DNA of 64,000 nt from a virus (taxonomy: Duplodnaviria; Caudoviricetes): positions 14,020 to 78,019 of the IMG/VR virus record IMGVR_UViG_3300042317_001691. One strand, 5' to 3'. This document shows, piece by piece, positions 28,442 to 37,903 of this stretch; positions within the stretch are counted from its first letter, which is position 1, and each line of letters begins with the position of its first letter. A program made the position numbers and the translations under genes. A model generated the notes under the pieces. The model was given only the letters and a program-made list of their open reading frames with translations, had not been told where the DNA came from and did not search any database.

Positions 28442-28849
28442 CTACAAATAAACGCCAAACTTTTCAAATAAATCTTTATTTATATTATCGGATGGATAAA
28501 TCTCTACAAGATTAATTTGATTCAATTCACAAAAATCAATTTTACTTACGTCTCTTTTTATTTGCTTTAAATATCCCCCTCTAGTGCTATGAAAAAACGG
28601 AGTATATTTAAAATGCTGCGCTCCTTGAACTTCTATTGCTATTTTTTTATTGGCGTTGTAAAAGTCTAAAGAGAGTCGAGTGCCCGCAATTCTCATTTCT
28701 TCGAATACGACATCTCCTTCCCAAAATTTTTTGAGGAACGCTTTTACTTCAAATTGAAATTTACTTCTGCTTTTTCCATCCCACTTTATTAAAAATTGCT
28801 TGATATTTTTAACGGTTCTCTCCTTGCCATCAAGCGTTTTGAATTTCAT
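28442..28849 (-). CDS. Vsr/DUF559-like restriction-fold endonuclease
   Basis: LSLDFY....KIAIEVQGAQH...RD..K...C....INLVEI. Confidence 0.8.
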   Translation of the reverse strand: MKFKTLDGKERTVKNIKQFLIKWDGKSRSKFQFEVKAFLKKFWEGDVVFEEMRIAGTRLSLDFYNANKKIAIEVQGAQHFKYTPFFHSTRGGYLKQIKRDVSKIDFCELNQINLVEIYPSDNINKDLFEKFGVYL

Positions 28850-29966
28850 TAATTGAATTTTTAAAGTAATTTACTAGAAATTTAATTAAGATCGGATTTT
28901 CTTCAATAAATTTAAATAAAGCCTTTTCTCCTTGGAAGTTTTCTGGAACTTCTACTCCTGTGTCTTTAATTAATTCAACGAGTTCTTCTGAAGGTTTAAT
29001 CCAAGGTCCAGACCTCTCTACGAATTCCCAAGCGTAAAGTAAATCAACCAATTCTTTTTCGATCCAAATTGAACTTCCATTTTTTCTTCCATATCTAATT
29101 GGATATGGAATTTGGAGATTTGTCTTCTCGTTTGGAGATTTTTTAACAGTTACTTTCGCCCAATGGCCGATTGGAGGATTTTTTTCTAAATCTATTTTTT
29201 TGTTATTTGGATCTTGTAAGATCAAATCTCCGCCAAATCGAGGCTCAAACTCCAAAATCCAATTAGCGAAGTGCAATAATGCATTGCCTCCAGTTGCTGA
29301 TGTTTGCCTAATTGGAGCTTTACTATATGGGTCAAGTTTAATATCGGCTCGCACTTGCGAAATAAAGACTGCCATATGCCCTCTCTTTGCTAAGGCGATA
29401 GACATGCGCTTCATGAAGTTCGCGGCTATTACGGCCCCTCCAGCGACCTTATTGCTATCTTCAAATGTCTTATCTAGATCAACCTTGCTAATCAACCCAT
29501 CTACAGCATCAAGCAAGAAATAGTATTTAATGCCTTCTTGATTGTTGGCAACCAAGGATCTCATTGCATCAACGACCGTTTCATAAATATTACTCTCAAA
29601 GACAAAACAAGTACCCGTATTCCAATCTTCTGCAGAAGTAGTAAATTTAACTCCAGATCTCTCCTTCATTTCTGGAGAGAGTCTTCCTTCAGCTTTAATA
29701 TAAAAGCCTTTTGAATTAGGGACTGTATTCAAGAAATTGCGCATTACCTCTAATGCTTGACTTGTTTTTCCCCCTTCATTAATTCCGCAAAACCTATGGA
29801 GTCCAGGTCCAAATCCTCCTCCCATATGGATATCCAGTTGTAAAGAGCCGCTTGATACCTTGTAATTAAAATCATCTTCAAAATTGTAGTGATTTTCTTT
29901 ATTATTCTTCAAGAAATTTGATAAAATTTCATTTGAAGTGACAATCTTTTCTTCTTTTTTAGCCAT
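28830..29966 (-). CDS. recA: RecA/UvsX-like recombinase
   Basis: SSGSLQLDIHMGGG; Walker A GINEGGKT; YIKAEG; LLDAVD; FISQVR; TGGNALLHFA; KVTVKKS. Confidence 0.88.
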   Translation of the reverse strand: MAKKEEKIVTSNEILSNFLKNNKENHYNFEDDFNYKVSSGSLQLDIHMGGGFGPGLHRFCGINEGGKTSQALEVMRNFLNTVPNSKGFYIKAEGRLSPEMKERSGVKFTTSAEDWNTGTCFVFESNIYETVVDAMRSLVANNQEGIKYYFLLDAVDGLISKVDLDKTFEDSNKVAGGAVIAANFMKRMSIALAKRGHMAVFISQVRADIKLDPYSKAPIRQTSATGGNALLHFANWILEFEPRFGGDLILQDPNNKKIDLEKNPPIGHWAKVTVKKSPNEKTNLQIPYPIRYGRKNGSSIWIEKELVDLLYAWEFVERSGPWIKPSEELVELIKDTGVEVPENFQGEKALFKFIEENPILIKFLVNYFKNSINEIQNA

Positions 29967-30300
29967 TTAAAAAGTCCCTTACTGTTTTTGGTTTTTTGTT
30001 TAAGTTTAAATCTTCTCCAAATTTTTTGTCGCTTATTTCGTGAGCGTCATACTTAGAATAATCAATTTTGTATTCAAAGCATCTAAATCTTCGATCAAGT
30101 TCTTGTTTGAAAGAATCGCATAAAAGTATAGCAATGCTTTCGTATTTTTTATCAAATGTCAATGCTTCAATAAATTCTTCTGAATACCTTTCAATTAAAA
30201 GATTCAGCATCTTCATCTCTTTCGAGAAGAAGATGCGTGATCCCTTGTTTGGAAATTCAACTAATTTTTTTAAAATTGTGCGCTTGTTTATTTTCGCCAC
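29959..30300 (-). CDS. Hypothetical protein
   Basis: GTG start 5 nt after a -10 box; coupled to recA. Confidence 0.65.
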   Translation of the reverse strand: MAKINKRTILKKLVEFPNKGSRIFFSKEMKMLNLLIERYSEEFIEALTFDKKYESIAILLCDSFKQELDRRFRCFEYKIDYSKYDAHEISDKKFGEDLNLNKKPKTVRDFLNG

Positions 30301-30305
30301 AATTT

Positions 30306-30334
30306 AAACTATCAGGAAGATAGATCGTTGTCAA
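30306..30334 (-). promoter_or_regulatory. sigma70-type promoter (leaderless)
   Basis: TTGACA-N17-TAGTTT-N5-GTG, overlapping the end of gmd. Confidence 0.6.
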
Positions 30335-31361
30335 CCATCTTTTTTACTAGCTGTTCGAATGAAACTTCTGGCTTCCAGCCCAATTCATCTCTAGCTGGAT
30401 TTGAGTCCCCTAATAATAAATCTACCTCCGCTGGTCTATAAAATTGAGGATCAATTTCCATTAAAATGGAGCTTTTAATTTCACAAACATCATGTATGTA
30501 ACTGGGAACAATATATTTTCTACCCTCTCCACTTCCAATCCACTCTCCTTGAATTCCTGCGTGTGTGAAAGCTAGTTCAACAAATTCTTGAATTGTGTGA
30601 GTTTCATTTGAAGACAGAACATAATCTTTAGGCTTTTCTTGATTCAGCATTAACCAAATTCCATGCACGAAATCTTCAGCATCACTCCAATCTCTTTTTG
30701 AAAGAATGTTGCCTAGTTTTAATGGTTCAAATTCTTGTTTATTTTGAATTGCTTTTCTGATTCTGGCCACATTTTTTGTAATTTTCCTAGTGACGAATTC
30801 TTCTCCTCTTCTGACTCCTTCGTGATTAAAGAGAATACCTTGAACTGCATAAAGATTATAGGACTCTCTGTAAACTTTTACTAAATGATGAGCAGTGCAT
30901 TTTGAAACTCCATATGGAGATCTTGGCTTAAAGGGATGCTTAATATCTTGTGGCGCATAATCTACATCTCCAAATTGCTCTGAACTTCCAGCATTATAAA
31001 ATCTAGTATTTGGTTTGATATTTTTAATTGCTTCTAAGCAATGAAGAACTCCAATAGCATTTGTCTGCATATGATTAACTGGCATCTTCCAGCTATTACC
31101 AACAAAAGAATTAGCAGCAAAATTAATGAAATAATCTGGTAAAATCTCAGCAAATACATTTCCTATGCTTTCTGGATCTGTAGCATCCATTTCAACTATT
31201 TTAAATCTAGAATTTGATTTTAAATGTTGAATATTTGAATGATTTGGAACGCTAAGTCTTCTATGAGCGCCATATACATCTGCATCCTTATATTTAGATA
31301 AAAGATATTCGGCCATTAAACTTCCATCTTGACCAGTAATTCCCGTTATTAATATTTTCAT
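30312..31361 (-). CDS. gmd: GDP-mannose 4,6-dehydratase
   Basis: LITGITGQDGS, AGSSEQFG, PRSPYGVSK, GILFNHE..RRGEEFVTRKIT, RDW, YRPAEVDLLLGD. Confidence 0.96.
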   Translation of the reverse strand: MKILITGITGQDGSLMAEYLLSKYKDADVYGAHRRLSVPNHSNIQHLKSNSRFKIVEMDATDPESIGNVFAEILPDYFINFAANSFVGNSWKMPVNHMQTNAIGVLHCLEAIKNIKPNTRFYNAGSSEQFGDVDYAPQDIKHPFKPRSPYGVSKCTAHHLVKVYRESYNLYAVQGILFNHEGVRRGEEFVTRKITKNVARIRKAIQNKQEFEPLKLGNILSKRDWSDAEDFVHGIWLMLNQEKPKDYVLSSNETHTIQEFVELAFTHAGIQGEWIGSGEGRKYIVPSYIHDVCEIKSSILMEIDPQFYRPAEVDLLLGDSNPARDELGWKPEVSFEQLVKKMVDNDLSS

Positions 31362-31702
31362 GATTTTTTTTCTAAAACTTTAGAATTTGGAAAAAATTTA
31401 TTTTGTAAATTTATCTTACAATTATATCTTTTTAGATTTAAATTATCTACTTCTTTTGCGGATATTTCTCCATATCTTGCCTTTTCCACTGCATTGAATG
31501 TCTCAGCATTGGAGTAAAGTAGAGCTTGATATTCATCTGAATTTACTATTTTAAAATGCAAACTTTTACCAACCTGTCTTTCAATACTATCATTCAGAGA
31601 TAAAAAATTTTCAGTCGCATTTGTAATATTTTTTATTATTTTTACTTCAGCAATTGCTAAAACATCATAAGCATAACCTTCATCTACTGGTATGTTTATC
31701 AC
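31358..31702 (-). CDS. Small helical hypothetical protein of the glycosylation cluster (DUF6165-like; probable GTG at 31702)
   Basis: INIPVDEGYAYDVLAI..VK N-terminus; N.KRY..KIN.. C-terminus. Confidence 0.55.
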   Translation of the reverse strand: MINIPVDEGYAYDVLAIAEVKIIKNITNATENFLSLNDSIERQVGKSLHFKIVNSDEYQALLYSNAETFNAVEKARYGEISAKEVDNLNLKRYNCKINLQNKFFPNSKVLEKKS

Positions 31703-31752
31703 ACTAAATATAATTAGAATTTGAATAAAAATTAATAATTGATTCTTTTGCA

Positions 31753-32355
31753 TTATAGCAGCTCTAAATTTACATACCAATCTTCATATGGTTTATTAAA
31801 CCATAATGGATTCGGATCTAAACAAGCTACATTATCAAATACTCTTTCAAATCCATTGTTTGACAATAAATTAAAAATTAAATCTTTTCTTTCTGAACCT
31901 TCGCAGTATAAATTATGTTCGACTGTAATTAATCCAATTCTATATTTTTTAAAATCAAAATCTTTTAAAGCTAAAAATTCATGGCCTTCAATATCTAGAG
32001 ATAAATAGTCAATTATATTGGGACAATTATTTTCTTCTAAAATATTTATTAATGGAGAGCATTTTACTTTTTCGCCATTGGAAGAAATTTTATCATTGTT
32101 AATGAAACATTCTCCAATATAATCTGTAACTGCATAATTTAAATTAATTGATTTTCTATTTTTTTTCAATAAAGAAAATATAAATGGATTTGCTTCAATG
32201 CAAATTCCAGACCATTCTAAATTTTTTTCAAGGAAAAATGTATTGCTCGTTTGAATTCCGTCATAAGCTCCAACTTCAATAAAAAAACAATTTTTTTTAT
32301 TTTTATAAAATTTGGACACCCATTCGTCTTGTTTAGATTGGGAGTAATAAGTCAT
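31753..32355 (-). CDS. FkbM-family SAM methyltransferase
   Basis: YYSQSKQD, FIEVGAYDG..TSNT, IDYLSLDIEGHE. Confidence 0.9.
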   Translation of the reverse strand: MTYYSQSKQDEWVSKFYKNKKNCFFIEVGAYDGIQTSNTFFLEKNLEWSGICIEANPFIFSLLKKNRKSINLNYAVTDYIGECFINNDKISSNGEKVKCSPLINILEENNCPNIIDYLSLDIEGHEFLALKDFDFKKYRIGLITVEHNLYCEGSERKDLIFNLLSNNGFERVFDNVACLDPNPLWFNKPYEDWYVNLELL

Positions 32356-32986
32356 TTTTAATATATATTTGGTTATATTCTATTTGTTTACTGAGTGAAT
32401 ATCCTATATCATTAAAATATTTTTCGTAATTAGGATTTTTTAAAAAATTTTCAACTACAATAATTTTGCAATTATATTTTTTTGTATCAAATCCTTTCAT
32501 GACTTCTAATTCCCATCCTTCAGTATCAATTGACAATATATCTATATTTTCCAAATTTAGTTCCTCAAAAAGTGTATTTAATTTTATAGTTTTGACTTTA
32601 ACTTTTGTAGAATTAGATTCAGTTAATTTAAAATTTGTAAATTTTAAATAATCTTCATTAATACTTAATGATGAGAAGGATTCGTAAGTTATATCGCCAA
32701 CTTGTTGCTGAACGATAGTGAATTCACTCTCGCCATCTTCAAATGAACATGCAAATTCATATATTTCATTTTTTAAATTTCTATGTTTATTTGCAAATTC
32801 TGGATTCGGCTCAACAATAATTGATCTCCATCCACTATCTTTAAAGTGTTTAGACATTGATAGGAATTCTGGATCTGCACCACCAACCTCAATAATTAAA
32901 CCTTTATAATTAAAGTCTGAAAAATAAGTTTCTCTTATTATTTTATCTGTTTCAAATTCTGCGTAAAATCCTTTTATATTATTCAT
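32333..32986 (-). CDS. FkbM-family SAM methyltransferase
   Basis: IIEVGG, IIVEPNP, IDILSIDTEGWELEVMKG. Confidence 0.9.
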   Translation of the reverse strand: MNNIKGFYAEFETDKIIRETYFSDFNYKGLIIEVGGADPEFLSMSKHFKDSGWRSIIVEPNPEFANKHRNLKNEIYEFACSFEDGESEFTIVQQQVGDITYESFSSLSINEDYLKFTNFKLTESNSTKVKVKTIKLNTLFEELNLENIDILSIDTEGWELEVMKGFDTKKYNCKIIVVENFLKNPNYEKYFNDIGYSLSKQIEYNQIYIKNDLLLPI

Positions 32987-32991
32987 AAATT

Positions 32992-34236
32992 TTAATTATT
33001 TTTAATTTTTTCAAAAGTCGGTAAAAATATAATTTCTCCTCCAGAATTTAAATATTCCCTTTCTCTTTCAATTATTTCTTTTTTGAAACCTATTAATGAA
33101 CATATATAAACGTCTGGTTTCATTTTTCTAGATTCTTCTTCTGAAATTATATTTATACCAGACAGTGTTTTCGCTCCCCATTTTTCGGGACTTCTTTCTG
33201 CTGCATATGGTATTAAATCAGAATCAATCCCAGCGGCTTCTAAAACAACATTCATTTTAGTTGAAGCTCCATATAAATGAACTACTTTATTATTTTTCTT
33301 ATGTTCAAGTAAGATGCTTTTTAATTGACTTAAATAAGTTTCAACTCGGTTCCTAAAATTTTCATAAGTTTTATTTTCATCTAATTCTTTTTCAAACTCT
33401 TCAAATCTTAATGTAGATAAGTTATTTTTCCACTCTTGTTTTTCGTACAAATCGCACTCTTCATTGCACGCATAGATCATTATAGATCCTCCATTTGTTT
33501 GAGTTTTTTCAGCTCTAAATAATTTTAAACCGCTATTTTTAAGCAACCGTTCAAATGGAAATAAATAATAATGACAGGAATGCTCTAATAAAACTTGATC
33601 AAACGCAAGATTTTCCAACATTAATGGCCAATAGGCGAATTCAGCTATCCAAATACCATCCTTTTTTAAATTTTCTTTAATTTCAGAAACAAACTCTTGA
33701 GGTTCATTAACGTCATAAAAACATGCTATAGATGTGATTATATCAAATTTTTTATTTTTCAATTGTTTATTTGGATAAACTTCATTTACAATTTTAATAT
33801 CTTTTTGCTTGGAGGCTATATCCGATGGATCAATTCCAATTCTATTAAAAGAATCTGGATAACCTCTAAGTAGGGTTCCGTCATTGGCGGCAATATCCAA
33901 AACATCTAATGATTTATTTATATTTAAAATATTAACGGCTTCTTCGGCAATATTTTGTAAATGTTTAGTCATAGTTTGACTGATACCAGATTGATACCAA
34001 TAATTCCTATAAAGTATTTCTGGAGAAATTGAAAATTCAGATTGAATTAAACCACAGCCCTCTTCAAATTTATCTGTATCACATCTTACAATTTTATTTT
34101 GAACCTTTCTATATGGAGGTTTTGGACTTTTGGAATGCTCAAATGCCCCTTGTACGTGCTGTAATCCAAGATCTAAAACTTCCGTTAAATTTGGATTGTT
34201 GCAAATCCTACATTTTCTATGTTTTTTTACGTGCAT
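32992..34236 (-). CDS. NDP-hexose C3-methyltransferase family (Zn-binding N-domain)
   Basis: CRIC...LDLG, Y.YQSG.SQTM, LDIAANDGTLL, EH..Y, GGSI, YGASTK, WG. Confidence 0.88.
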   Translation of the reverse strand: MHVKKHRKCRICNNPNLTEVLDLGLQHVQGAFEHSKSPKPPYRKVQNKIVRCDTDKFEEGCGLIQSEFSISPEILYRNYWYQSGISQTMTKHLQNIAEEAVNILNINKSLDVLDIAANDGTLLRGYPDSFNRIGIDPSDIASKQKDIKIVNEVYPNKQLKNKKFDIITSIACFYDVNEPQEFVSEIKENLKKDGIWIAEFAYWPLMLENLAFDQVLLEHSCHYYLFPFERLLKNSGLKLFRAEKTQTNGGSIMIYACNEECDLYEKQEWKNNLSTLRFEEFEKELDENKTYENFRNRVETYLSQLKSILLEHKKNNKVVHLYGASTKMNVVLEAAGIDSDLIPYAAERSPEKWGAKTLSGINIISEEESRKMKPDVYICSLIGFKKEIIEREREYLNSGGEIIFLPTFEKIKNN

Positions 34237-34268
34237 ACTTAGAATTATAAAATTGATGTATGTTTAGT

Positions 34269-35156
34269 CTAAAGTGAAAATTTATCTACTACGCAGTCAA
34301 ATAAATTAATTAATCTTTCTTCAGAATATAAATCTAAAAATGGTTTAAAGTGGTCTATACCATAAGAAATTATTTCTGGTAATGAATTTGAACTTAATAA
34401 AAATTTTTTTTCTGAACTTATATGTCTGTACATTTCTGAGTCCGATATTGCAATTGGCTTTCTTGCTGAAAGTGCTTTATCTATTGAACTTGATAAACCT
34501 CTACCTTCTCCAATCATTGGTGGCAAAAGAAATATATTTGCGGTATTTGATGATAAGAAGTTTATCAATTCATCGTCCGATAAAAAATTTGAAGTTACTT
34601 CAATATCAATATTTTTATCTCCCATGCAGTTTAGTTTAATTTTTTTTATTATACACTCTAAATCTTCGCCATTTGGATGTTGAGGCATATGAATTTTAAT
34701 TAGAGCATCATCGTAATATTCTGAAACTATTGAATATATCTTATCAAAATTTTTTGAAGAAAACGAAAAACCAATTGATCCAATTGTTAATCTTTGGGGA
34801 TTTTGTAATGGAGTTAAATTTTTAATTGGTCTTGGTATTGGTATATTTTTATCTGTACGTTGCGATGTTGAATCGCAGTTCAATATTAACTGAATATTTT
34901 TAAAATTAGGCAAGCAATCATGACCACCTATAGCTAGACATGGCTTTTTTAAACTAATTAAAAAATCTTCAGTTAGCCAATTAAAAAGTTTTTCATGATA
35001 ATTAAAAATTACAATATCACTATTTTCTATATCTTTTAGATCTGAACTTAAATAGTATTTGTGTTTTATTGATTTTTTTAAAATTGACTGCACACATGAA
35101 CCATATTGATAGACTCCGCAAATTTCTGAAGTTGGATTTAATATTAAAACTTTCAA
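34269..35156 (-). CDS. GT-B glycosyltransferase-like protein
   Basis: CGVYQYG, IGSIGFSFSSKNFDKI, GLSSSIDKALSARKPIAIS. Confidence 0.7.
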   Translation of the reverse strand: MKVLILNPTSEICGVYQYGSCVQSILKKSIKHKYYLSSDLKDIENSDIVIFNYHEKLFNWLTEDFLISLKKPCLAIGGHDCLPNFKNIQLILNCDSTSQRTDKNIPIPRPIKNLTPLQNPQRLTIGSIGFSFSSKNFDKIYSIVSEYYDDALIKIHMPQHPNGEDLECIIKKIKLNCMGDKNIDIEVTSNFLSDDELINFLSSNTANIFLLPPMIGEGRGLSSSIDKALSARKPIAISDSEMYRHISSEKKFLLSSNSLPEIISYGIDHFKPFLDLYSEERLINLFDCVVDKFSL

Positions 35157-35158
35157 GA

Positions 35159-35866
35159 TTAAATATTATAATAAATTATTGATGGATGATCGTAGTCATA
35201 TTCGCTTTTGTTAAAGAATGCACTGTTTGTAGGTTCAAATACATGACATATCGATCCGACGGCAATAGCCAAATTCATATCTCCAGTATTGCATCCAAAA
35301 TAGATTCCAACTTTTCTCAAAAGCGAAATATATTTACTTAAATCTAAATCAGTTAATTTTAATTCATAATCTAAATTAGATGGATTGTCGGAACTATCAC
35401 ATATAATTGGAGTATGGTTGTTTTTTATTAAATCATTAATAATTGAATTTGATAATCGTTCACTTAAACTTCTGGTATCATGCCACTGTTTGGAACAATT
35501 GGGTACAAAAATAACTGGATTTTTTATATTTTTTATAAAATTAAACGCCCATATTTCAGATTCTTTTTTTGAGTGCAAAACTATTGGTCTAATATCCAAA
35601 CATTCCGAATCTTCAAAGAAATTTCTTAATTTTCTTAAAATATAAGTTCCATTATATCCTATGTTTTTTGTGGGTTCTATTTTAGATTCTTCTTCTTTTG
35701 AAATTAAATTAACATTGCATAAACCATCGAAAAGTATTTTAAATCTCTCTTTCTCTTTGGGAAGCAAAAATTCACATTCGATATTTCTGGCTTTTAAATG
35801 TTTAACAATTGGAGTAAAAAGTAATGTATCGCCAAGGCCATGTTGATCAGACATTAATTTAATCAT
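35159..35866 (-). CDS. Glycosyltransferase family 9-like (compact)
   Basis: HGLGDTLLFTPIVKHLK; YFGCNTGDMNLAIAVG. Confidence 0.75.
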   Translation of the reverse strand: MIKLMSDQHGLGDTLLFTPIVKHLKARNIECEFLLPKEKERFKILFDGLCNVNLISKEEESKIEPTKNIGYNGTYILRKLRNFFEDSECLDIRPIVLHSKKESEIWAFNFIKNIKNPVIFVPNCSKQWHDTRSLSERLSNSIINDLIKNNHTPIICDSSDNPSNLDYELKLTDLDLSKYISLLRKVGIYFGCNTGDMNLAIAVGSICHVFEPTNSAFFNKSEYDYDHPSIIYYNI

Positions 35867-35898
35867 ATTTTAAATAATAAAATATTTTATGCAATTTG

Positions 35899-36672
35899 TT
35901 ACAAAATTAAATTATGTTCAAAAGATTCATATTCAAAATCTTCATGCTTCATGTGAATTTTATGAGCTGGATCTTGCCCACCTCCTTCTACATACCAATG
36001 TTCATGCCAAAATTCATGATTTCTTTTTAATCTAGAATTTAAATCAACATAACCCATATGAACAACAAATGGCAATTGTTGAGACTCCATTAACTTAATA
36101 TCTTTTGGGGTTCCAGCCGTTGAAACAAAATTGCCATCCTTATCTACTAAATCGCATCCATCACTTAATTTAGTATTAATCGTTCCATCTGGCTTTCTAG
36201 CAGCAATTTGGGGCGCTCTATAGGCTGTTGCCTTGTGAAGATATTGTTTGTGATTTATTGATTTGTAATGATTTAAATCTTTATATAAATCTACAGATGG
36301 AATTGCATAACATTGAGCTTGATCAAATTTAAGACGAAAACATAAGTTTGACCACAATGGTTTTTGCCAAAGTGGAATATACTCATCTAAATCTAATTGT
36401 AGTTTAAAATCTTTTGTACACTCCTGCAATGCAGCATTTTTTATTTTTCCATCCAACCAAGGATCTTCGTAGCTAAATGAAGTGTCTATAATTTTAAAAG
36501 ACTTTGAGTGCTCTTTTAAAATCTTCTCCACAGTTGATCTTGTGTCATCAATTGATGTATTGACTGCCACAACAACCTCTTCAGCAAAAAGGCAAGACTT
36601 TATTAAACAGTCTTGCCAAAAAGAAAAACCGTGATTGTTTAAATTGAATGCAGAGTGATATATTGAAATCAC
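35899..36672 (-). CDS. GT-A (family 2-like) glycosyltransferase
   Basis: EVVVAVNTSIDDT, KNAALQECTKDF.LQLDLDE (DxD), VVHMGY. Confidence 0.82.
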   Translation of the reverse strand: MISIYHSAFNLNNHGFSFWQDCLIKSCLFAEEVVVAVNTSIDDTRSTVEKILKEHSKSFKIIDTSFSYEDPWLDGKIKNAALQECTKDFKLQLDLDEYIPLWQKPLWSNLCFRLKFDQAQCYAIPSVDLYKDLNHYKSINHKQYLHKATAYRAPQIAARKPDGTINTKLSDGCDLVDKDGNFVSTAGTPKDIKLMESQQLPFVVHMGYVDLNSRLKRNHEFWHEHWYVEGGGQDPAHKIHMKHEDFEYESFEHNLIL

Positions 36673-36684
36673 TCTGATAATAAC

Positions 36685-37860
36685 TTACTCTTCGATGATT
36701 TCTACAAAAGCTAAAGATGGATTTTCCTTCAGCAAATCTTGTTGGTCAAACTCTTGCTCGCCATCCCATTCGTATTCATCTGCTTGGGCTTTTTTCCAAG
36801 CTTCTTTGTCTGGGCGATCCTTATCACCTGGTTTTGCAGGTTTATAATTTTTACCCATTCTTTTCTTCTTTTCTCTGATATTGTCCCAAAGACCTTTTTT
36901 GCCAGCTTCTAACTCTTCTTTGGGCTCACATTCTCCGCCACAGTCGCAGCCACATCCACCATCAGAACCAGCAATTTTACTTACTGGTTTCGCTGACCAC
37001 ATTTTACACGACCAATAATTGGCTTTCCATTTGGGTCCAGGGCTTTCGCAATTATGTCTTGCTCTATAATTTTTTCTACGTTCTGGATCGTCCCTCTTGA
37101 TCTCCATGTTGGGATCTCCAAATTTTACCATCACGACATTGCCTTTGTCGTTTTTTACATAAACTCCAAATTTTTTCTTTGAACCAGATGGCAATCTGAA
37201 GGGTTTATTTAAGGCTTTTTTTTTGCCTTCTTCTTTTGCTTGCTGCATTTCTAGCTGAGTGATTCCAGCCTCAATGCAGTTAAGTTTAGCTAATTGGAAT
37301 TCAATATCTTGGAAATCGCAAAAATCATAATTTTCTTCAATCTCTTCGCTGTTAAGAATATCGCTATCTGCTTTAATATAGGAAGCTTTGACCTTTTGAT
37401 TGGCAGCCATTTTGAAGAAAAGAGCTACTCTAGCAAATGCCCACTCATCTTCCGTCTTGCCTGGTTTAAAAACTCTAGAGGCTTGCTCCAAGCCTCTTCT
37501 GTAAACTTTTAAAACTTGATCTATTGATAATTTCTGATCAAAATTTTCGTTATGCTTTGAAACTTTTTTCAATAAGAAAGCTTTAACCTTCTTCATTTTT
37601 GAAGAATCCATTTCTTCCTCATCCTCTTCAGAATCCTCTTCTTCAGAATCTTCTTCCTCGTCATCCATCTCTTCCTCTTCGTCTTCGCCCTCTTCATCTT
37701 CCACTTCAGAAGATGGTGGAACTTTTTGTGACTTTTCAATTTTTTGAGCTTCCAACTCTTCTTGGGTGAACGAATCGGATTCTTTTGAAGATTCTGCAGT
37801 TTTATTTTTGTCTGCAGAAAGTCCAAGTTGTTTAATTTGTTCTGAGAAGTCTAGTTCCAT
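36685..37860 (-). CDS. Multi-module protein with an acidic tract and basic viral DUF-like modules; possible internal head protein
   Basis: KVYRRG...KPG..EWAFARV (DUF5824-like); KKFGVY...VKFGD...RRKNYRARH...YWSCKMW (DUF5754-like); GLWDNI..KKKR module; GTGTAA upstream. Confidence 0.55.
   Translation of the reverse strand: MELDFSEQIKQLGLSADKNKTAESSKESDSFTQEELEAQKIEKSQKVPPSSEVEDEEGEDEEEEMDDEEEDSEEEDSEEDEEEMDSSKMKKVKAFLLKKVSKHNENFDQKLSIDQVLKVYRRGLEQASRVFKPGKTEDEWAFARVALFFKMAANQKVKASYIKADSDILNSEEIEENYDFCDFQDIEFQLAKLNCIEAGITQLEMQQAKEEGKKKALNKPFRLPSGSKKKFGVYVKNDKGNVVMVKFGDPNMEIKRDDPERRKNYRARHNCESPGPKWKANYWSCKMWSAKPVSKIAGSDGGCGCDCGGECEPKEELEAGKKGLWDNIREKKKRMGKNYKPAKPGDKDRPDKEAWKKAQADEYEWDGEQEFDQQDLLKENPSLAFVEIIEE
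37612..37701 (-). repeat. Low-complexity GAA/GAG/GAT repeat encoding a poly-Glu/Asp tract
   Basis: EDEEGEDEEEEMDDEEEDSEEEDSEEDEEE. Confidence 0.85.
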
Positions 37861-37903
37861 CTTGAAAAAGATTACACTTATAAATTATTTTTTTGAAATA
37901 GAT

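Noticed and set aside
21707-29523. Short + strand ORFs (60-107 aa) inside the replication genes
   Set aside because: Fully antisense to well-conserved genes, with atypical composition
37004-37009. GTGTAA followed by an in-frame ATG inside the acidic protein gene
   Set aside because: It encodes the conserved SCKMW motif, so it is explained by coding constraint
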